Assembly: GCA_029883965.1 (NCBI GenBank)
Contig: JAOUIN010000003.1
Location: forward strand, 1 to 32,447
DNA length: 32,447 bases
From: Betaproteobacteria bacterium
Lineage (GTDB): Bacteria; Pseudomonadota; Gammaproteobacteria; Burkholderiales; SG8-41
Reading direction: 5' to 3'
A program made the translations under genes and the position numbers. The notes beneath the pieces are model-generated. The model saw only the letters and a list, made by a program, of their open reading frames with translations. It was not told where the DNA came from and searched no databases. Of the stretch, positions 28,956 through 32,447 are shown piece by piece. Each line of letters starts with the position of its first letter. Position 1 is the stretch's first letter.

Positions 28956-30305
28956 ATGCACATACACATCCTTGGTGTTTGCGGTACTTTCATGGGCGGA
29001 CTTGCCGTACTTGCGCGAGCGGCCGGTCACAAGGTCACGGGTTGTGATGCCAATGTCTATCCGCCGATGAGTACCCAGCTTGCGGCGCAGGGCATCGAAC
29101 TGGTCAACGGCTACGATCCGGATCAGGTCGATTTGAACCCCGACATGTACGTCGTCGGCAACGTGATCACTCGCGGCAATCCGCTGATGGAAGCCATACT
29201 CAATCGCGGCCTGCCGCATGTTTCGGGTCCGCAGTGGCTGCGCGAGCATGTGCTGCAGGGCAGATGGGTGCTGGCCGTGGCCGGAACCCACGGCAAGACC
29301 ACGACCAGTGCGATGCTGGCGTGGATACTCGAACATGCCGGACTCAATCCCGGATTTCTGATCGGCGGTGTGCCGCAGAATTTTGATGTTTCCGCACGGC
29401 TGACCGACACGCCTTTTTTCGTCATCGAGGCCGATGAATACGACACGGCATTTTTCGACAAGCGTTCGAAATTCGTGCATTACGCGCCGAGAACGCTGGT
29501 ATTGAACAATCTCGAATACGATCATGCCGACATATTTCCGGATCTCGCCGCGATAGAAACGCAGTTTCATCATCTCGTGCGTATCGTCCCGGGCAACGGC
29601 CTGATTGTCGCGCACGGCGGCGATGCCGCACTTGAACGTGTGCTCGCGCGCGGCGCGTGGACACCGGTGGAACGTTTTGGCGGCAACGGCGCGTGGCAGG
29701 CAGGATTGCCTGATGACAAAGGCGCCTTCGACGTATCGCACGAGGGTGCAGGACGCGGCCGTGTCATGTGGGATCTGCTCGGGGAGCATAATCGCATGAA
29801 TGCGCTTGCTGCAATCGCGGCTGCGCGCCATGCAGGCGTTCCCGCCGCAGGGGCTGTGGATGCGCTGAGTCAGTTTCGCGGCGTCAAACGCCGCATGGAA
29901 ACGCGCGGCGTCGTCAATGGCATCACCGTTTACGATGATTTCGCACATCATCCGACGGCGATTGCCACGACGCTGGCCGGATTGCGCCGCAAGGCCGGGC
30001 GCGCACGCATACTCGCGGTCGTGGAACCGCGGTCGAACACCATGAAACTCGGTGTCATGAAAGCGGCGCTGCCGGACAGCCTGAAGGATGCCGACCAGGT
30101 TTACTGCTACAGCGGCGGACTGAACTGGGACGCGGCGGCGGCTCTGGCGCCGCTGAACGACAAGGCATCGGTGCATGCGGATCTGAACCATCTCGTCGCG
30201 ACGGTCGCCGCGGACGCGCGCAGCGGTGACCATGTGCTGATCATGAGCAACGGCGGCTTCGGCGGCGTCCACGAAAAGCTGCTCGATCGTCTCGGCAGTG
30301 CCTGA
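28956..30305 (+). CDS. mpl: UDP-MurNAc:L-Ala-gamma-D-Glu-meso-DAP ligase (murein peptide ligase)
   Basis: MHIHILGVCGTFMGGLA, VAGTHGKTTT, FVIEADEYDTAFFDKRSKF, DDFAHHPTAI, EPRSNTM and MSNGGFGG. Confidence 0.97.
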   Translation: MHIHILGVCGTFMGGLAVLARAAGHKVTGCDANVYPPMSTQLAAQGIELVNGYDPDQVDLNPDMYVVGNVITRGNPLMEAILNRGLPHVSGPQWLREHVLQGRWVLAVAGTHGKTTTSAMLAWILEHAGLNPGFLIGGVPQNFDVSARLTDTPFFVIEADEYDTAFFDKRSKFVHYAPRTLVLNNLEYDHADIFPDLAAIETQFHHLVRIVPGNGLIVAHGGDAALERVLARGAWTPVERFGGNGAWQAGLPDDKGAFDVSHEGAGRGRVMWDLLGEHNRMNALAAIAAARHAGVPAAGAVDALSQFRGVKRRMETRGVVNGITVYDDFAHHPTAIATTLAGLRRKAGRARILAVVEPRSNTMKLGVMKAALPDSLKDADQVYCYSGGLNWDAAAALAPLNDKASVHADLNHLVATVAADARSGDHVLIMSNGGFGGVHEKLLDRLGSA

Positions 30306-31483
30306 TGGCGGCAATTCCGGACGACGCACTGGGGGCCTTCTGCCGGCACACACATGTGGCCGTGACCGGCTCGGGTAAGGGCCCGCTTGCGGGCCTGACC
30401 TTCGGCGTCAAGGACATTTACGACATCGCCGGCCACAAGACCGGATTCGGCAATCCCGACTGGCTGGCCACGCATCCGGCGGCGGCGCGCACCGCACCCG
30501 CTGTCGACAGCCTGCTCGCTGCCGGCGCGGACATGATCGGCAAAACGCATACGGACGAGCTGACTTACAGCCTGACCGGAGAGAACGTGCACTACGGAAC
30601 GCCGGAGAACGTCGCCGCGCCGGGACGCATACCCGGGGGTTCGTCCAGCGGCTCCGCTGCTGCGGTAGCCGGAAACCTGGTCGATTTTGCGCTGGGCAGT
30701 GACACCGGCGGATCAGTGCGTGCCCCCGCGAGTTTCTGCGGTCTATACGGCATACGCCCTACGCATGGCCGGGTTTCGCTCGATGGTGCCTGTGCTCTGG
30801 CGCCGAGCTTCGATACCGCGGGCTGGTTCGCGCGTGACGCAGCTTTGCTCGAACGCGTGGGGCAGGTCCTGCTCGGCGCCGCATCAGCCGGCGCGCATGG
30901 CCGGGTGCTGTTGGCGGACGACGCGCTGGCGCTGACCGCACCCGGGGCCATGGCGGCATTGCAGCCGGCGCTGGCACGCGTGGGCAAGGCGCTGGGCGCA
31001 CCGCAAGCGGTGAGGGTCAGTGCGGAAGGCTTGCCGCAATGGTTTGAGACCTTCCGTATCCTGCAGGGCGCAGAAGTCAGATCGCAGTTGGGCGCGTGGG
31101 TCGATCGCGTGCAGCCGAAGATGGGTCCCGGCGTGCGCGACCGCATGCAATGGACAAAAACGATCGGCGAGCGGGAGATTGCCCAGGCTCAGGAAGCACG
31201 CGCCGTGGTGCGAGATCGCATGGATGCGCTGCTTGCCGACCGCGCGGTGCTGGTGTTGCCCACGGTGCCGGACATCGCGCCGTTGCGCGATGCATCGGCG
31301 GCAGCACCGGATGATTTTCGCGCGAGGATGATGAGCCTGTTGTGCATCGCCAGCCTCGCCGGGCTGCCGCAGGTCAGCCTGCCGCTGGCGACGGTGCAGG
31401 GCTGTCCGCTGGGGATCTCGTTGATTGCAGCTCGCGGTGAAGACCTGCTGTTGCTGGCGCTGGCGCGCCGCATCGCCGGCTGA
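30305..31483 (+). CDS. Amidase-signature family hydrolase
   Basis: GVKDIYD (Lys), GGSSSGSAAAV and LGSDTGGSVRAPASFCG give the Ser-cisSer-Lys triad; 1-nt overlap with the mpl stop. Confidence 0.9.
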   Translation: MAAIPDDALGAFCRHTHVAVTGSGKGPLAGLTFGVKDIYDIAGHKTGFGNPDWLATHPAAARTAPAVDSLLAAGADMIGKTHTDELTYSLTGENVHYGTPENVAAPGRIPGGSSSGSAAAVAGNLVDFALGSDTGGSVRAPASFCGLYGIRPTHGRVSLDGACALAPSFDTAGWFARDAALLERVGQVLLGAASAGAHGRVLLADDALALTAPGAMAALQPALARVGKALGAPQAVRVSAEGLPQWFETFRILQGAEVRSQLGAWVDRVQPKMGPGVRDRMQWTKTIGEREIAQAQEARAVVRDRMDALLADRAVLVLPTVPDIAPLRDASAAAPDDFRARMMSLLCIASLAGLPQVSLPLATVQGCPLGISLIAARGEDLLLLALARRIAG

Positions 31484-31519
31484 TCCGCAGCCCTGGAACC
31501 GCGGAAGCGAACGCATCCG

Positions 31520-32092
31520 GTGCTGATTTACGTGCACGGTTTCAACAGTTCGGCGCTGTCGTACAAAGCGGCACTGTTGCGCCAACGCATGACCAGTCTG
31601 GGCCTGGCGCAGCACTACGCCTGTCCGGCGTTGCCACACCGTCCGGCGCAGGCAATGGCGCTGTTGCGCGAGCTGGTTGCGGCATATCCTGCGCCATCCG
31701 TGACCCTGGTCGGCTCGTCACTGGGCGGCTACTACGCCACCTGGCTGGTCGAGAACCTGGGCGTGCGTGCAGTCCTAGTAAATCCCGCGGTGCGTCCGTA
31801 TGAACTGCTGGTACCGGCGCTCGGGCCGCAGCAAAATCTGTACACGGGCGAGGAGTATGAGTTCACTGTCGGGCACCTGGACGAATTGCGTGAACTGGAA
31901 GTCGATCACGTCACGCCCGGGCGTTATCTGCTGATCACCGCCACCGGTGACGAGGTCCTCGATTATCGTGCCGGCGTGCGTCGCTATACCGGTTGTGAGC
32001 AGATCATCGTCGAAGGCAGTGATCACGGTTTCGGCGACTTTGACCGTCATCTCGACGCGGTAATCACGTTCTGGCAGCGCGGGCGCGTATAA
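31520..32092 (+). CDS. yqiA: YqiA/YcfP-family alpha/beta hydrolase (esterase)
   Basis: IYVHGFNSS, GSSLGGYYA, LVNPAV, GDEVLDY and GSDHGF. Confidence 0.88.
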   Translation: MLIYVHGFNSSALSYKAALLRQRMTSLGLAQHYACPALPHRPAQAMALLRELVAAYPAPSVTLVGSSLGGYYATWLVENLGVRAVLVNPAVRPYELLVPALGPQQNLYTGEEYEFTVGHLDELRELEVDHVTPGRYLLITATGDEVLDYRAGVRRYTGCEQIIVEGSDHGFGDFDRHLDAVITFWQRGRV

Positions 32093-32152
32093 TCCACCGC
32101 CTCTGCTGATGTGCGCGACGAACTCGCGCGAGGCCTCCGGTTTATCCCCCTG

Positions 32153-32447
32153 ATGAATGTTTTTTACGAAGAAAACGGCGAGTTCAAGGTCGGCGCCGTA
32201 CTTGCCGACAACGACACATCGCTGCAGGTTGAGGCGCCCCACGGCAAACGTTCCAAGGTGAAGGCCGCGGCCGTGCTGTTGCGGTTCGAGGCGCCTGCAC
32301 ACACGGTGTTCATGAACGAGGCGCAGGCGCAGGCTGATGCCATTGACGTTGATTTCCTGTGGCAGTGTTGCGGCGCTGATGAATTCTCGTATGAAGGGCT
32401 CGCGCGCGAATATTACGGGCATGCTCCCGATGCGCTGGAGTCAGCCG
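32153..32447 (+). CDS. RNB-domain ribonuclease (RNase II-like), N-terminal fragment running off the window
   Basis: Not in the ORF track. ATG 32153 gives MNVFYEENGEFKVGAVLADNDTSLQVEAPHGKRSKVKAAAVLLRF...IDVDFLWQC, the N-terminus typical of betaproteobacterial RNB proteins found after mpl/yqiA. TATAAT at 32088-32093. Confidence 0.85.
   Translation, partial: MNVFYEENGEFKVGAVLADNDTSLQVEAPHGKRSKVKAAAVLLRFEAPAHTVFMNEAQAQADAIDVDFLWQCCGADEFSYEGLAREYYGHAPDALESA

Noticed and set aside
31775-32422. 215-aa minus-strand ORF at the window end
   Set aside because: Antisense to yqiA and to the RNB ribonuclease 5' end, which are the convincing genes.

Overview
A GC-rich, gene-dense chromosomal segment that looks betaproteobacterial from gene order and protein families. 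It is mostly housekeeping, in this order: gatA (5'-truncated)-gatB; a DUF4124-like secreted protein with pyrE, divergent from exonuclease III (xth)-ampG; metX-metW under a SAM-II riboswitch; a regulatory PTS operon (EIIA-Man, HPr, EI); gshA-gshB; a sigma54/NtrC-controlled TorF-like porin-glnK-amtB operon, divergent from ubiK-comM(yifB)-Bcr/CflA MFS; a rhodanese; metH-CPBP protease-PhyH dioxygenase; type II NADH dehydrogenase; a SAM methyltransferase plus ATP-grasp ligase pair; and mpl-amidase-yqiA-RNB ribonuclease (3'-truncated). I see no tRNA, rRNA, CRISPR array, integrase or transposase. The most interesting signals are non-coding or very small: (i) a SAM-II aptamer followed by a short leader ORF that reads through an intrinsic terminator ahead of metX, a possible riboswitch-gated attenuator; (ii) an unannotated 31-aa ORF ending TTQKGCSD that bridges the methyltransferase and ATP-grasp genes; (iii) an unrecognised T-loop-containing structured RNA upstream of mpl; and (iv) a 134-nt rod-like hairpin with a 22-bp G-U-compatible stem between gatA and gatB. 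All were found by eye and need computational or experimental checking.
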